From: Actinomycetes bacterium
GTDB taxonomy: Bacteria > Actinomycetota > Acidimicrobiia > Spongiisociales > UBA5794
DNA: 35,453 nucleotides
NCBI GenBank assembly: GCA_024638645.1
Contig: JAHEJX010000032.1
Location: forward strand, 1 to 35,453
Reading direction: 5' to 3'
In this document: one piece after another, positions 24,239 to 33,575 of the stretch
Numbering within the stretch: the stretch's first letter is position 1
Layout of the letters: every line of letters starts with the position of its first letter
Made by a program: the position numbers and the translations under genes
The notes under the pieces: generated by a model
The model's database searches: none
The model's input: the letters and a program-made list of their open reading frames with translations, nothing else
Told to the model about the DNA's origin: nothing

Positions 24239-25563
24239 CGCACCTTCCGATCCCACGTTGGCCGTTCTTCGTCGCCGGCCGGGGCATGGTGGATGAAGCA
24301 TGCGACTTCGTGGTTCGCCGTAATGGTGGTGGCTAGCGGATCGTGGGCGGTGCAGGCTGGGGCTTCATAGGGACAACGTCCGGCGAAGCGACAGGCAGCA
24401 GGAGGATCGATCAGCTCGGGAACGTTCCCCGGAATCGCCACGAGCCGTCCCCGCTCATGATTCGCAGACGGTATGGCCGCCAGCAGGCCCTGTGTGTATG
24501 GGTGGTGTGGATCTGTGAAGATCGAGGACGTGGCGGCCGATTCGACGATGCGGCCGGCGTACATAACTGCGACCCGATCGCACACTTCCTTCACTAGAGA
24601 CAGGTCGTGGCTGATGTAGAGGACCGAGGTGCGGTGGCGCTGTTGCAGATCACGGATCAACTCGAGGATTCGAGCCTGCACAGTGACATCGAGAGCGGTT
24701 GTCGGCTCGTCGGCTATCAGGAGATCCGGATCGCAGGCGATCGCCTGAGCAATCATCACCCGCTGGCGCATCCCACCGGATAGTTCATGTGGGTAGCGGT
24801 CCATGACCTTGCGAGGGTTTGGGATCTGAGTCTCCGCCAGCGCCTCCGCCACCCTGGTTTGGACCGCGGCCATGAGCTTGGTGCGCTGGCCCCGCAGTGG
24901 CGGAAGCGACAGGAGGAAGTCCTCGATGCGGCTTGTCTTGAGGCCCGCTTTGCGTTGAATCAGAGCACCGCCAAGGGCCTCGGTGCCGTCGGACGCCCCG
25001 GCGTCCGCCAACAAGTCATCGGCGCGATGCTGGAAGAAGACTTCGGCGACCTGCTCTCCGATCGGCAGCGCCGGGTTGAGCGCCTTGCCTGGGTCCTGGA
25101 AGATCATCGCGATCCGGTTGCCGCGAATCGTTTGCAGGTCCTTTTCGCTGATCTCGAGAAGGTCGATGGTGCGCTGGCCGGTGTGGCCACACCCCTCGCA
25201 TCCTCCGCCATTGCACGAGTCACAAGGCTCAGCCTGGCGGCCCGAATCATCACACGTTTCACATCCGGCGCCATCGCAGCTCGGGCAGGTGTGGTGGGGA
25301 CGAAACTCGATGGCGCCTCCGGCCTTGATGCCGGGCGGCATCGGTACCAGGTCGAGGAATGAGCGGGCCGTAACGCTCTTGCCACACCCGGTCTCGCCGA
25401 CTAGGCCCAGTGTTTCGCCATCGCCGATGTCGAAGCTAACCCCGTCGACGGCATGGACGACTCCCACCTTGGAGCGGAAGTGAACGCGGAGGTCTTTCAC
25501 CGAGGCAACCGCGGGGCGGGCCCTTGGCGCCGCCTCGGGCCCGATGCCATCGATGAGGCTCAT
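24235..25563 (-). CDS. Peptide/nickel-type ABC transporter ATP-binding protein (DppD/OppD-like) with a DnaJ-type (CxxCxGxG)x4 zinc-finger insertion
   Basis: Walker A (GETGCGKSV), signature (LSGGMRQR), Walker B (LIADEPTTALD). A ~45-aa Cys-rich insert sits between Walker A and the Q-loop. ATG at 25563 overlaps the permease stop (ATGA). The 649-aa ORF extending to 26184 is an artefact. Confidence 0.85.
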   Translation of the reverse strand: MSLIDGIGPEAAPRARPAVASVKDLRVHFRSKVGVVHAVDGVSFDIGDGETLGLVGETGCGKSVTARSFLDLVPMPPGIKAGGAIEFRPHHTCPSCDGAGCETCDDSGRQAEPCDSCNGGGCEGCGHTGQRTIDLLEISEKDLQTIRGNRIAMIFQDPGKALNPALPIGEQVAEVFFQHRADDLLADAGASDGTEALGGALIQRKAGLKTSRIEDFLLSLPPLRGQRTKLMAAVQTRVAEALAETQIPNPRKVMDRYPHELSGGMRQRVMIAQAIACDPDLLIADEPTTALDVTVQARILELIRDLQQRHRTSVLYISHDLSLVKEVCDRVAVMYAGRIVESAATSSIFTDPHHPYTQGLLAAIPSANHERGRLVAIPGNVPELIDPPAACRFAGRCPYEAPACTAHDPLATTITANHEVACFIHHAPAGDEERPTWDRKVR

Positions 25564-26486
25564 CGGGTTGATTCCGTCTTCGGGTCGAGCACGTCGCGCA
25601 GCCCATCGCCGAAGAGGTTGAACCCGAGAGCCCACAGGAACACCATCATCCCGGGGAACGTGGAGGACCACCACCGACCTGCGGAGATTCCGGATTGACC
25701 CTCCGAAACGAGCACCCCCCACTCGGCGATGCCGGCCTCCGATAGACCGATGAAGCTGAGCGTCGCCCCAACCAGGACGATGTTGCCCATATCGAGCGTG
25801 GCCTGGACGACAACCGGGGTGATCGAATTGGGCAGGATGTCTTTTAGATAGATCCGCAACGGCGAGTCGCCGATGACGCGGGCCGCGTCCACGTACTCGT
25901 TCTCTTTCACGTGGATGATCTGGGCCCGCATGATCCGGGCGTACTTCACCCAAAAGACAACGGCGAGCGCCAGGATGATGTTGCGGAACGACGGCCCGAG
26001 GACGGCGGCTATCGCCAAGGCGAAGATCAACTCGGGGATGGAGAGAAACACGTCGACGATGCGCATGAGGATCTCGTCGACCTTGCCACCTCGAAAGCCG
26101 GCAATGCTCCCCACCGTCACGCCGATGAGCACGGTCAGCGACACGACGATGACGGAAAGGCGCAGCGAGGTGCGGGCTCCCCACACGACGCCGTAGAGGA
26201 CGTCACCTCCGACGTTGGTGGTTCCGAGGATGTGACCTGGGGAACCGGGGGGCACGGCCAGAGCGCCCCAGTCCCGCGGCATCTGGTAGGCGTCAGGCGT
26301 GTTCGGTTCGGCAATCAACGGGGCAAAGATGGCCATGCCCAGTAGGAGCACGATGAAGACCAGCCCGGCCACGGTGGTCGGGTTCTTCAGTAACGACATC
26401 AGCAGCTCACCGCCCCGGCGCGTTCGGACCCTCCACGCCGAGTCTGTGATGCGGGCGGGAGCGGGACCGGCGGGTACGTCAACCAT
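25560..26486 (-). CDS. ABC transporter permease (DppC/OppC-like)
   Basis: Six TM helices and an EAA-like loop. ATG at 26486 with GGGGAG RBS. Confidence 0.85.
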   Translation of the reverse strand: MVDVPAGPAPARITDSAWRVRTRRGGELLMSLLKNPTTVAGLVFIVLLLGMAIFAPLIAEPNTPDAYQMPRDWGALAVPPGSPGHILGTTNVGGDVLYGVVWGARTSLRLSVIVVSLTVLIGVTVGSIAGFRGGKVDEILMRIVDVFLSIPELIFALAIAAVLGPSFRNIILALAVVFWVKYARIMRAQIIHVKENEYVDAARVIGDSPLRIYLKDILPNSITPVVVQATLDMGNIVLVGATLSFIGLSEAGIAEWGVLVSEGQSGISAGRWWSSTFPGMMVFLWALGFNLFGDGLRDVLDPKTESTR

Positions 26487-26488
26487 GG

Positions 26489-27502
26489 CTACTCCCCAAG
26501 AACGACGCGACGGTCGAGATAGGCGTAGATGACGTCAACGGCCAGATTGACCACCAGGAATAGCACTGAAGTGAACAGGACGTAAGCCATGATCGTGGCC
26601 TGGTCACCGCGCAGCACCGAGTCGGCCATCCATCTCCCCAGTCCCGGCCAACGGAAGATGATCTCGGCCACCACGCTGCCCTGGAGCAGGAAGCCGAAGC
26701 TGAGCCCTATCACAGTGACCGTCGGGATCAGGGCATTGCGCCGAGCGTGGCGCCGCAGCACGAGGCGCTCCGGGAGGCCCTTGGCTCTGGCGGCATCCAC
26801 GTAATCCTCCTGGAGCTCCTCGACCAGTGACGAGCGCATCATGCGGGCGATGATGGCGGTGGCTCCATAACCAAGCGTCGCGGCCGGTAGCACGAGGTGC
26901 CACAAGGCATCGCCAAACGCGCCGAAGTCGCCGGCGAGGAGAGAATCGATGGTGTAGAGGTTGGTGGGATGATCGATCCGGGCATAGATGTTGGGGTCGC
27001 TCCGGCCGATCGGGAACCAGCCCAGGTATACCCAGAACACGATGAGTAACAGGATGGCGAACCAAAACAACGGCATGGCGGCGCCGCTGATCGAGAACAC
27101 GCGGGTGAGGTGGTCGGGAAGCCGATTCCTCCTCGCCCCGGCGAAGGTCCCGAGGGCGACGCCGAGGACGACGGCCACGAGAGCTGAGGAGATCGCCAGC
27201 TCCATGGTGGCGGCCAGTTTTGGGAGGAACACATCGGTGACGGGGGCTGCCGCCACGCCGGACCATCCGAGTTCCCCGGTCAGTACTCCACCGGCCCAGT
27301 AGACGTATTGCACCGGCAGCGGGTCGTCGAGGTGAAACCGTTCTTCGAGCTCGGTTACCTCCTCTTGAGTCATTCCCGTCTGGAGATACACCCCGATGGG
27401 AGATCCGCCGACCCGGGTGAGGGCGAACACGATGATGGACACGCCGATGATCAATACCGGCAAGACCATGAGACGTCTGAGGATGTAATCGCGGATCTGC
27501 AC
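26489..27502 (-). CDS. ABC transporter permease (DppB/OppB-like)
   Basis: Binding-protein-dependent transport permease fold. GTG start at 27502. Confidence 0.8.
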   Translation of the reverse strand: MQIRDYILRRLMVLPVLIIGVSIIVFALTRVGGSPIGVYLQTGMTQEEVTELEERFHLDDPLPVQYVYWAGGVLTGELGWSGVAAAPVTDVFLPKLAATMELAISSALVAVVLGVALGTFAGARRNRLPDHLTRVFSISGAAMPLFWFAILLLIVFWVYLGWFPIGRSDPNIYARIDHPTNLYTIDSLLAGDFGAFGDALWHLVLPAATLGYGATAIIARMMRSSLVEELQEDYVDAARAKGLPERLVLRRHARRNALIPTVTVIGLSFGFLLQGSVVAEIIFRWPGLGRWMADSVLRGDQATIMAYVLFTSVLFLVVNLAVDVIYAYLDRRVVLGE

Positions 27503-27535
27503 GGTTCGTCCTGTTTAGCCGATCGTGGTTGCCTT

Positions 27536-27567
27536 GCGCAGCCCCCGGACAGATCCGGGGGCTGCGC
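27536..27567. other. Perfect 13-bp-stem hairpin between the SBP gene and permease genes (intra-operon stem-loop / attenuator)
   Basis: GCGCAGCCCCCGG acagat CCGGGGGCTGCGC seen directly. Confidence 0.5.
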
Positions 27568-27597
27568 GATTGCGTTTAGCTTTCACCTGGTTGCCGT

Positions 27598-29385
27598 CTA
27601 CCCCTTGTCGAGCAAAGCGAACTTGATGCTCGGTCGCGGCCACAGGGGATTCGAGATGTATCCCTGGACCCAGTCGCGACGGGCCGAGACAACACCCTCC
27701 TGGGCTGCGATCAGCCACATCGGGTCCTCGTACAGCACCCGCTGGATCTCGGCGAGAATCGCGGCGCGAGCCGCCGGGTCCAACTCAATGCGGGCGCTGT
27801 CGATGAGCGTCTGTACTCGGTCGGCGTCGGCGTATCCCGCCCGGAAGTCGTGGATCTCGCCCCACTCCCCGTCGGGAAGCGCGTACGAGTCCAGGTAGGC
27901 ACTGGGGTCGGCGAACGGGTCGGCGTTCTTGACCCACATGGCGTACGGAACCGGATCCGAGGCATGGGCGTCGTCGAACACGGCCTCGGCCACCGCGGCG
28001 ACGGTGATCTCCATGTTCGGGTTGTTGAGATTATCGACCGAGTCTTTGAAGACCAAGGCTGCCACCTCGAACAGGTTTGCTTCTTCGGTTACTACCGAGA
28101 TCGAGAACCCTTCGTCCCAGTAGCCGGCCTCACGGAACAGTTCCTCGGCTCTCGCCAGGTCCTGTTGGTCGTAGACCGGCGCGGTCGGGTCGTACCCGAA
28201 GATGCCTTGCGGAATGTAATGCGGGTTGAAGTCGCCGAACCCGCCGAGCGCCGCGTTCACGAAGGCGTTGTAGTCGAACACGAGGTTGAACGCCTGGCGC
28301 ACCCTCGGATCGTTGAGGAAGCCGGCCGGGATGCGGTCACCGTCGGGCAGATCGGCGGGATCGAATTTCAGGTTGAACCCGATGTGGATGGGCTCCACTG
28401 TGAGGCCCTCACCGTCGACCGTTACGCCCTCGGCTCCCTGGACGTCACCGATGAAGGACGGATCCGCTTCGATCGTGTCGTAATCGCCGGCGCGCAGGCC
28501 CAGCACCCGGATGTCGGGGCTGGCTCCGATCTCGACGCGTAGGTCGAGAAATGCAGGGGTTCCCCAGTATCCGTCGAAGATCGTGAACTGAAGATCCTCT
28601 CCACGGTTCCATGCCACGAACTCGTAAGGGCCGGTACCAACCGGATTGCCGGACATGAACTCGTTGAACTCACCGGCCACTACGCCGCCGTTGGCTTCGA
28701 CCGCGTCCTGGCTGACGATCGACGAGACCATCGCAGGCACCACGGCGTTGAGGAATGCGGCGTTTGGCTCCTGCAGCGTCACTTCAAAGGTGAAGTCATC
28801 GACAACTCGCATGCTGTCGACCGTGTCGCTGAGCACGCCGGCGGCACCGTCCGGCAAGTCCATTGTCATGGCACGATCCCACGAGAACAGCACGTCGTCG
28901 GCCGTGAACGGAGTGCCGTCATGGAAGGTCACACCCTCGCGGAGGGGGAACGTGAATACCGTCCCATCGGCGGAGATCAGGCCGTTGCCAACACTCGGCA
29001 CCTCGGTTGCCAAGCTGGGAACCGGGTCGGGACCAGAATTCCCAATCTCGAGGAGACGCTCGTAGACCTGGAGGATTATCGTCTCGCCACCCTCGCCGGG
29101 CTCCACCTGGGCCGGGTCGAGCGTGGTGGGCTCATCGTCAGCGGCGTGGACAAAGACGCCCGGGTTGCTGATCTCTGTTCCCGGCGTTGTAGTCGCCGGC
29201 GCGGTGGTGTCTGTTCCTCCCGCGGTGGTGTCTGTACTTCCTGCAGTTGTGTCCGTTGTCCCCTGGGTGGTGCTAACCGTGGTGTCTGACGGGTCACTGT
29301 CGGAGCATGCTGCGGCGACCATGGCCAGTGCAAGGAGCACACCGAAGAGTGCAGCCAAGCGGCTTGGTCGTTTGGATCGAATCAT
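27598..29385 (-). CDS. ABC transporter substrate-binding lipoprotein, family 5 (peptide/opine/nickel type)
   Basis: Lipoprotein signal (MIRSKRPSRLAALFGVLLALAMVAAAC) and a Thr/Gly-rich linker, then an SBP_bac_5 fold. ATG at 29385 with AGGAGA RBS 6 nt upstream. The ORF is open to 29586. Confidence 0.85.
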   Translation of the reverse strand: MIRSKRPSRLAALFGVLLALAMVAAACSDSDPSDTTVSTTQGTTDTTAGSTDTTAGGTDTTAPATTTPGTEISNPGVFVHAADDEPTTLDPAQVEPGEGGETIILQVYERLLEIGNSGPDPVPSLATEVPSVGNGLISADGTVFTFPLREGVTFHDGTPFTADDVLFSWDRAMTMDLPDGAAGVLSDTVDSMRVVDDFTFEVTLQEPNAAFLNAVVPAMVSSIVSQDAVEANGGVVAGEFNEFMSGNPVGTGPYEFVAWNRGEDLQFTIFDGYWGTPAFLDLRVEIGASPDIRVLGLRAGDYDTIEADPSFIGDVQGAEGVTVDGEGLTVEPIHIGFNLKFDPADLPDGDRIPAGFLNDPRVRQAFNLVFDYNAFVNAALGGFGDFNPHYIPQGIFGYDPTAPVYDQQDLARAEELFREAGYWDEGFSISVVTEEANLFEVAALVFKDSVDNLNNPNMEITVAAVAEAVFDDAHASDPVPYAMWVKNADPFADPSAYLDSYALPDGEWGEIHDFRAGYADADRVQTLIDSARIELDPAARAAILAEIQRVLYEDPMWLIAAQEGVVSARRDWVQGYISNPLWPRPSIKFALLDKG

Positions 29386-29444
29386 TACTCGTCTCCTAGC
29401 TGGGGCCATCCAAAGATGGATCCAAAGCGCTTGAATCCGGGGCC

Positions 29445-29535
29445 TGCAATCGATTGCACGGCCTGTTGGCACCGAAGTTAGAGCGCAAACTGCGTTGCTG
29501 TCAATCAACCCGAGCCCCCGCTGCAATCGATTGCA
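29445..29535. promoter_or_regulatory. Divergent promoter region carrying two copies of palindrome TGCAATCGATTGCA (29445-29458 and 29522-29535), candidate operator pair
   Basis: Exact 14-bp palindrome twice, 77 bp apart (second copy a 16-bp perfect palindrome CTGCAATCGATTGCAG), between the SBP gene (-) and dehydrogenase operon (+). Confidence 0.5.
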
Positions 29536-29573
29536 GCGCCAGCCTATGCTGGACGGCCCTTCGAGAGGTTGGG

Positions 29574-30530
29574 ATGCGTGTAGCAATCATCGGGGCTCGC
29601 TGGCCGGACATCGAGCTCGAGGCCGACATTCTCGGGTTGGGCGCGGATGAAATCAGCACAGACCCTGGAGCCTCTTCGGATGCGATCGTTGCGGCCGCCG
29701 GCGGCGTTGAGGTGATCCTCGCCGGCCCCCGACCTCAATTCGACGCAGCAACCCTCGGCCAACTGCATTGCAGAGGCATCGTCAGGTACGGGGTTGGCTA
29801 CGACAACATCGATGTCGTAGCCGCGGCGCGCCGTTCCATCGCGGTTGCCTACGTCCCGGACTACGGCACGGAAGCCGTTGCGCTCCACGCGGTGGCACTT
29901 GCCATGGCCGCATTGCGCCGCATCCCACAGCTGGACAACATGGTCAAGAGCGGAGTGTGGGACATATCCCAGGTCAGGCCACTGCACCTTCCGGAGTCAC
30001 TCACGGTCGGCATCGTCGGGTTTGGGCGGATTGGCCGCGCCGCCGCTCGCCACTTTGTGAGCCTCGGTTTTGGAAGGTTGCTCGCTTTTGACGAGCATGT
30101 ACCGATCGAGGAATCCGAGATCGAGTCAGCGTCGCTCTCCGAGCTGCTCGAGCAGTCTGATGTCGTCAGCCTGCATGCGCCGGGTTCGGGTGAAGGTCCG
30201 CTGATCGGTCCGGATGAGATTTCATCGATGCGAGCCGGCAGCATCATCGTCAACACAGCCCGCGGCTCGCTGATCGACACGCCTGCTCTCGTGGCCGGCC
30301 TTGCCATCGGTTCGCCGGCTGTGGCGGCCCTAGACGTTTTCGATCCGGAGCCGGCCGATGCGTCCATTTTCGCGGATGTGCTGGACTCGGTCATCATGAC
30401 TCCCCACATCGCTTGGTACACAGAGGAGTCTGAGAAAGCGCTGCGTATCAAGACAGCCGAGGAAGCTCGGCGGCTGTTGGATGGCGACGCCCCGTTGCAC
30501 GCCGTCCCGATACCAGAGGAGGTCACGTGA
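29574..30530 (+). CDS. D-isomer-specific 2-hydroxyacid dehydrogenase family protein (NAD-binding)
   Basis: GIVGFGRIGRAAARHF Rossmann motif and the R/E/H catalytic triad region (TARGSLID…DVFDPEP…TPHIAWYT). ATG at 29574 with GAGAGG RBS. Confidence 0.8.
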   Translation: MRVAIIGARWPDIELEADILGLGADEISTDPGASSDAIVAAAGGVEVILAGPRPQFDAATLGQLHCRGIVRYGVGYDNIDVVAAARRSIAVAYVPDYGTEAVALHAVALAMAALRRIPQLDNMVKSGVWDISQVRPLHLPESLTVGIVGFGRIGRAAARHFVSLGFGRLLAFDEHVPIEESEIESASLSELLEQSDVVSLHAPGSGEGPLIGPDEISSMRAGSIIVNTARGSLIDTPALVAGLAIGSPAVAALDVFDPEPADASIFADVLDSVIMTPHIAWYTEESEKALRIKTAEEARRLLDGDAPLHAVPIPEEVT

Positions 30531-31279
30531 TCGGGCGTCTGTATGACCTGACGAGTCCTGAGGTGGCGGCCGCGCTGGCCCGCTCGCCCATCGCAGTGAT
30601 TCCGTTTGGCAGCGTTGAGCAGCACGGCCCTCATCTTCCCAACGGAACGGACACCATCGCCGCCGAAGTCGTTGCCGCAGCTGTGGCATCGGGAATCGAC
30701 GGCCTCCTCGTGCCATTTGGACCATATGGAGTTACCCCGATCCACGCTGGACACCCGGGAACGGTCAGCCTCCGGAGGTCAACCTTCGAGGCGTTGCTAA
30801 CAGACATCTGCGAGGAGATGATCGCGATGGGTGCCGAGCGCTTCGTCTTCGTCAACTGGCACGAGGGCAACATCGCTGCCATGGATGCTGTCGCGACCGA
30901 CGTGCAGAATCGCCACGACGGGGTGAAAGTCCTGACTGCCCACGCCTGCTACGTGGCGCAGCGCCTCTATGCCGGCCAGGGGGGCGAGCTGACCCATGGC
31001 GGGGGTCTCGAAGCTCTAGCAGTGCTGGCCCACGATCCTGAGCTTGTGCACACCGAACGGGCGGGCGACAGCACGAGGCCGCCGAAGGCGGCTGCTATGG
31101 ATGACATGCGCCGTAGCCGCGAGGTTTACGGGTACATCACCGACGTAACCGAAATCGACCCAGACGGCTGGTACGGCGAGCCGGCCTGGGCAACTGCGGA
31201 TCTGGCGGCGGATTTTGCGTCGACGGTGGCCGGCGAGATCGTCAACAGGGTCAACGACATCTTTGAGCTGTGGCAATGA
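30527..31279 (+). CDS. Creatininase-family amidohydrolase (creatinine amidohydrolase/MftE/ArfB fold), substrate unknown
   Basis: VIPFGSVEQHGPHLPNGTD metal-binding N-terminus typical of the family. GTG start overlaps the upstream stop (GTGA). Confidence 0.8.
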   Translation: MIGRLYDLTSPEVAAALARSPIAVIPFGSVEQHGPHLPNGTDTIAAEVVAAAVASGIDGLLVPFGPYGVTPIHAGHPGTVSLRRSTFEALLTDICEEMIAMGAERFVFVNWHEGNIAAMDAVATDVQNRHDGVKVLTAHACYVAQRLYAGQGGELTHGGGLEALAVLAHDPELVHTERAGDSTRPPKAAAMDDMRRSREVYGYITDVTEIDPDGWYGEPAWATADLAADFASTVAGEIVNRVNDIFELWQ

Positions 31280-31653
31280 CGGTCATCGGTGGCGCCCAGG
31301 TCGAGTTCACCGAGCTGCCGGGCAGGCATTCCGGCGACCCGCTACAGAATCTCGGTGCAGCCTCGAGCCTGCGGGTGTCGAGGCCGGAACGCACGGCAAG
31401 TCGGCTGGCCCACGTCCATCCACACAGCGAAGAGGTCATTTACGTGAAGTCGGGAAGCGGAGCTGTCTACATCGAAGGCGAGTTTCACAGAATCGAACCG
31501 GGGGACACGGTCTTGGTGCCTGCCGGCGCAGCCCACGCCACGGTGCCCGACGCAGGGTCGGAAATGGAGCTCATTTGTTTCTTCCCGCACCCCAACTTGC
31601 AGGACAACATTCAGGAAACGGACATTGAAGTGATGAAGGAGGTCCGAGAGTGA
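31276..31653 (+). CDS. Cupin-domain protein (cupin_2)
   Basis: HVHPHSEEVIYVKSGSGAVYIEGEFHRIEPGDTVLVPAGAAHA two-motif cupin signature. ATG overlaps the upstream stop (ATGA). Confidence 0.7.
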   Translation: MTVIGGAQVEFTELPGRHSGDPLQNLGAASSLRVSRPERTASRLAHVHPHSEEVIYVKSGSGAVYIEGEFHRIEPGDTVLVPAGAAHATVPDAGSEMELICFFPHPNLQDNIQETDIEVMKEVRE

Positions 31654-32708
31654 CGGACAAGGTTCGCTTGGCGCCGATTGGCCTTGGGAGGTGGGCACGC
31701 GTCTTGGCGCGCGGAGCCCAACGAGGAGATGTTGTCGAACTGACGTCGTGCTTCAGCCGCTCCGAGGAGAAGAGGGCGGCCTTTCAAGAGGAGTTCGGCA
31801 TCCCCAAGTCGGCTGCCACCCTCGACGAGCTGCTCGCCGACGACGATGTCGAAGGTGTCATGATCACGACGCCAAACGACACCCACCGCGATCTGATCAT
31901 TGCGTCGCTCGAAGCCGGCAAGGCTGTGTACACGGACAAGCCGATCGCCCACACGCTCGAACACGCCCTCGACGTGCGCAACGCCGTCCACAAGACGGGC
32001 GGCCTGTTCGCAGTCGGTCACAGCGCCAGGCGCCTTTCGGGGGCGAGAGTCATGAAGCAGTGGATCGAAGACGGTTCCCTTGGCGACGTTTCGCTGGCAG
32101 AGGCCAACTTCTCGAATGAACGTGGTCTAGAGCTCACGACCGACACGTGGCGTTGGTACGCAGACAAGAGCCCCGGGGGCACCTTCATCCAGCTTGGCGT
32201 GCACCACGCCGACAATCTGCAATACCTTCTCGGGCCCGTTGCTCAGGTCAGTGCCCACGCCCGCAAGCTCTACACCAAGGCAGAAATCCCGGACGCAGTG
32301 ATGGCAATCCTCGAGTTCGAATCGGGTGCCCTCGGCTACATCGGCTGCGGCTGGGCTTCTCCCGGCATCTATCAGCTGCGGGTGCAGGGCACCAAGGCCA
32401 ATCTGATGTACGACCTGGACTTCACCCATTGGGACGAGTCCCATCAGGCCGATGAGTGGAGCTCACTCGTGTCACAGGGTTACGGCGACATGACCCGGCG
32501 GGATGTTGATATGCCGGCTACCGACATGTTCCGTGAGCAGCTCGACGAGTTCGCGTTGGCCATCCGCGGTGCAGCGACCGTTGAGGTCGGTATCGATGAG
32601 GCGATACGGGCGTTGGCCGTTGTCCGCGCCGCGCTCGAGTCCTCCACGCAGAACGGCAAGGCCGTGGAGCTCAAGCCGCTGCTGGAGGGTGTCGGCGTCT
32701 CACCGTGA
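31650..32708 (+). CDS. Gfo/Idh/MocA-family NAD(P)-dependent oxidoreductase
   Basis: N-terminal Rossmann and C-terminal alpha/beta domain pattern (…EKRAAFQEEFGIP…VMITTPNDTHRDL…VYTDKPIA…). GTG start overlaps the upstream stop (GTGA), AAGGAGG RBS. Confidence 0.8.
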   Translation: MTDKVRLAPIGLGRWARVLARGAQRGDVVELTSCFSRSEEKRAAFQEEFGIPKSAATLDELLADDDVEGVMITTPNDTHRDLIIASLEAGKAVYTDKPIAHTLEHALDVRNAVHKTGGLFAVGHSARRLSGARVMKQWIEDGSLGDVSLAEANFSNERGLELTTDTWRWYADKSPGGTFIQLGVHHADNLQYLLGPVAQVSAHARKLYTKAEIPDAVMAILEFESGALGYIGCGWASPGIYQLRVQGTKANLMYDLDFTHWDESHQADEWSSLVSQGYGDMTRRDVDMPATDMFREQLDEFALAIRGAATVEVGIDEAIRALAVVRAALESSTQNGKAVELKPLLEGVGVSP

Positions 32709-32723
32709 CGCAGCCCGACTCGA

Positions 32724-33575
32724 ATGGGTGACACTGCGCCGAAGTTCTCTTTCAAGGCTGCGCCGATCGACATCTCATGGGAACAGATGTCACAGATTTG
32801 GCGGGCTGCCGACGAGGACGGGTTCTTCACCGGGGGGTGGTTGCTCGACCACTTCTACCCGTCGCGCGGCCCGATCGTGCCCACGTGGGAAGCCTGGACA
32901 CTGTTGGCGTCGCTGGCGGCCATCACTTCGCGGCTGCGGCTCGGGGTCATGGTCAGCTCGAATACCTTCCGCCATCCCGCCCTTCTTGCGCACATGGCCG
33001 CTTCAGTGGACGAGATCTCGAGTGGACGCCTCGAGCTCGGGCTTGGCGCCGGCTGGAACCAGGCGGAGCATGACGCATTCGGCATCGACTTAGGCGACGC
33101 GCCCACCCGGTGGGGTCGCTTCGCCGAGGCGCTCGAGATCGTCGATGGTCTGCTCACGCAGGACTCCTACAGCTTCGAAGGGGATCACTTCACGCTCAGC
33201 GATGCTCGGCTCGCCCATGCAACGGTCCAGCAGCCGCGGCCTCCATTCGTGATCGGCGGAATCGGGCCCAAGCGCACCCTTCCGCTTGTCGCCAAGTGGG
33301 CGGACCACTGGAACTACTTCAACCCGACCGAGCCGCCAGAGGTGCTCGCCGACTACAAGGCTCGGCTCGCAGGGATGTGCGCTGAGCTTGGGCGCGACGT
33401 CGGCGAGATCGAGGTGTCCGCCCAGTTGCGGATGCCGGAGAGTCGGGAAGAGCTGACGGACCTGGCCGGCAGGTTTCTAGCGGCAGGCGCCGATCACATT
33501 GTCGTGACCGCGTTCGCACCGTTCGACGACGAGACGGTTCCGCGGATTGCCGAGGCACTGGCGCCGCTGGCGTGA
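32724..33575 (+). CDS. Luciferase-like monooxygenase (LLM) family, probable F420-dependent oxidoreductase
   Basis: LLM TIM-barrel motifs (LGVMVSSNTFRHPALLAHMAASVDEISSGRLELGLGAGW). Ends the 5-gene operon and is followed by two hairpins. Confidence 0.75.
   Translation: MGDTAPKFSFKAAPIDISWEQMSQIWRAADEDGFFTGGWLLDHFYPSRGPIVPTWEAWTLLASLAAITSRLRLGVMVSSNTFRHPALLAHMAASVDEISSGRLELGLGAGWNQAEHDAFGIDLGDAPTRWGRFAEALEIVDGLLTQDSYSFEGDHFTLSDARLAHATVQQPRPPFVIGGIGPKRTLPLVAKWADHWNYFNPTEPPEVLADYKARLAGMCAELGRDVGEIEVSAQLRMPESREELTDLAGRFLAAGADHIVVTAFAPFDDETVPRIAEALAPLA

Noticed and set aside
25564-26184. 649-aa version of the DppD-like ORF extending through the permease gene
   Set aside because: The upstream 206 residues are an alternative frame of the permease gene and have no ABC motifs. 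The ATG at 25563 precedes Walker A by the normal distance and overlaps the permease stop.
29574-31279. Mycofactocin-type cluster (dehydrogenase + creatininase-family MftE-like)
   Set aside because: No radical-SAM maturase, precursor peptide, MftB chaperone or glycosyltransferase nearby. The dehydrogenase is the NAD-dependent D-2-hydroxyacid type, not the FMN-dependent MftD type.
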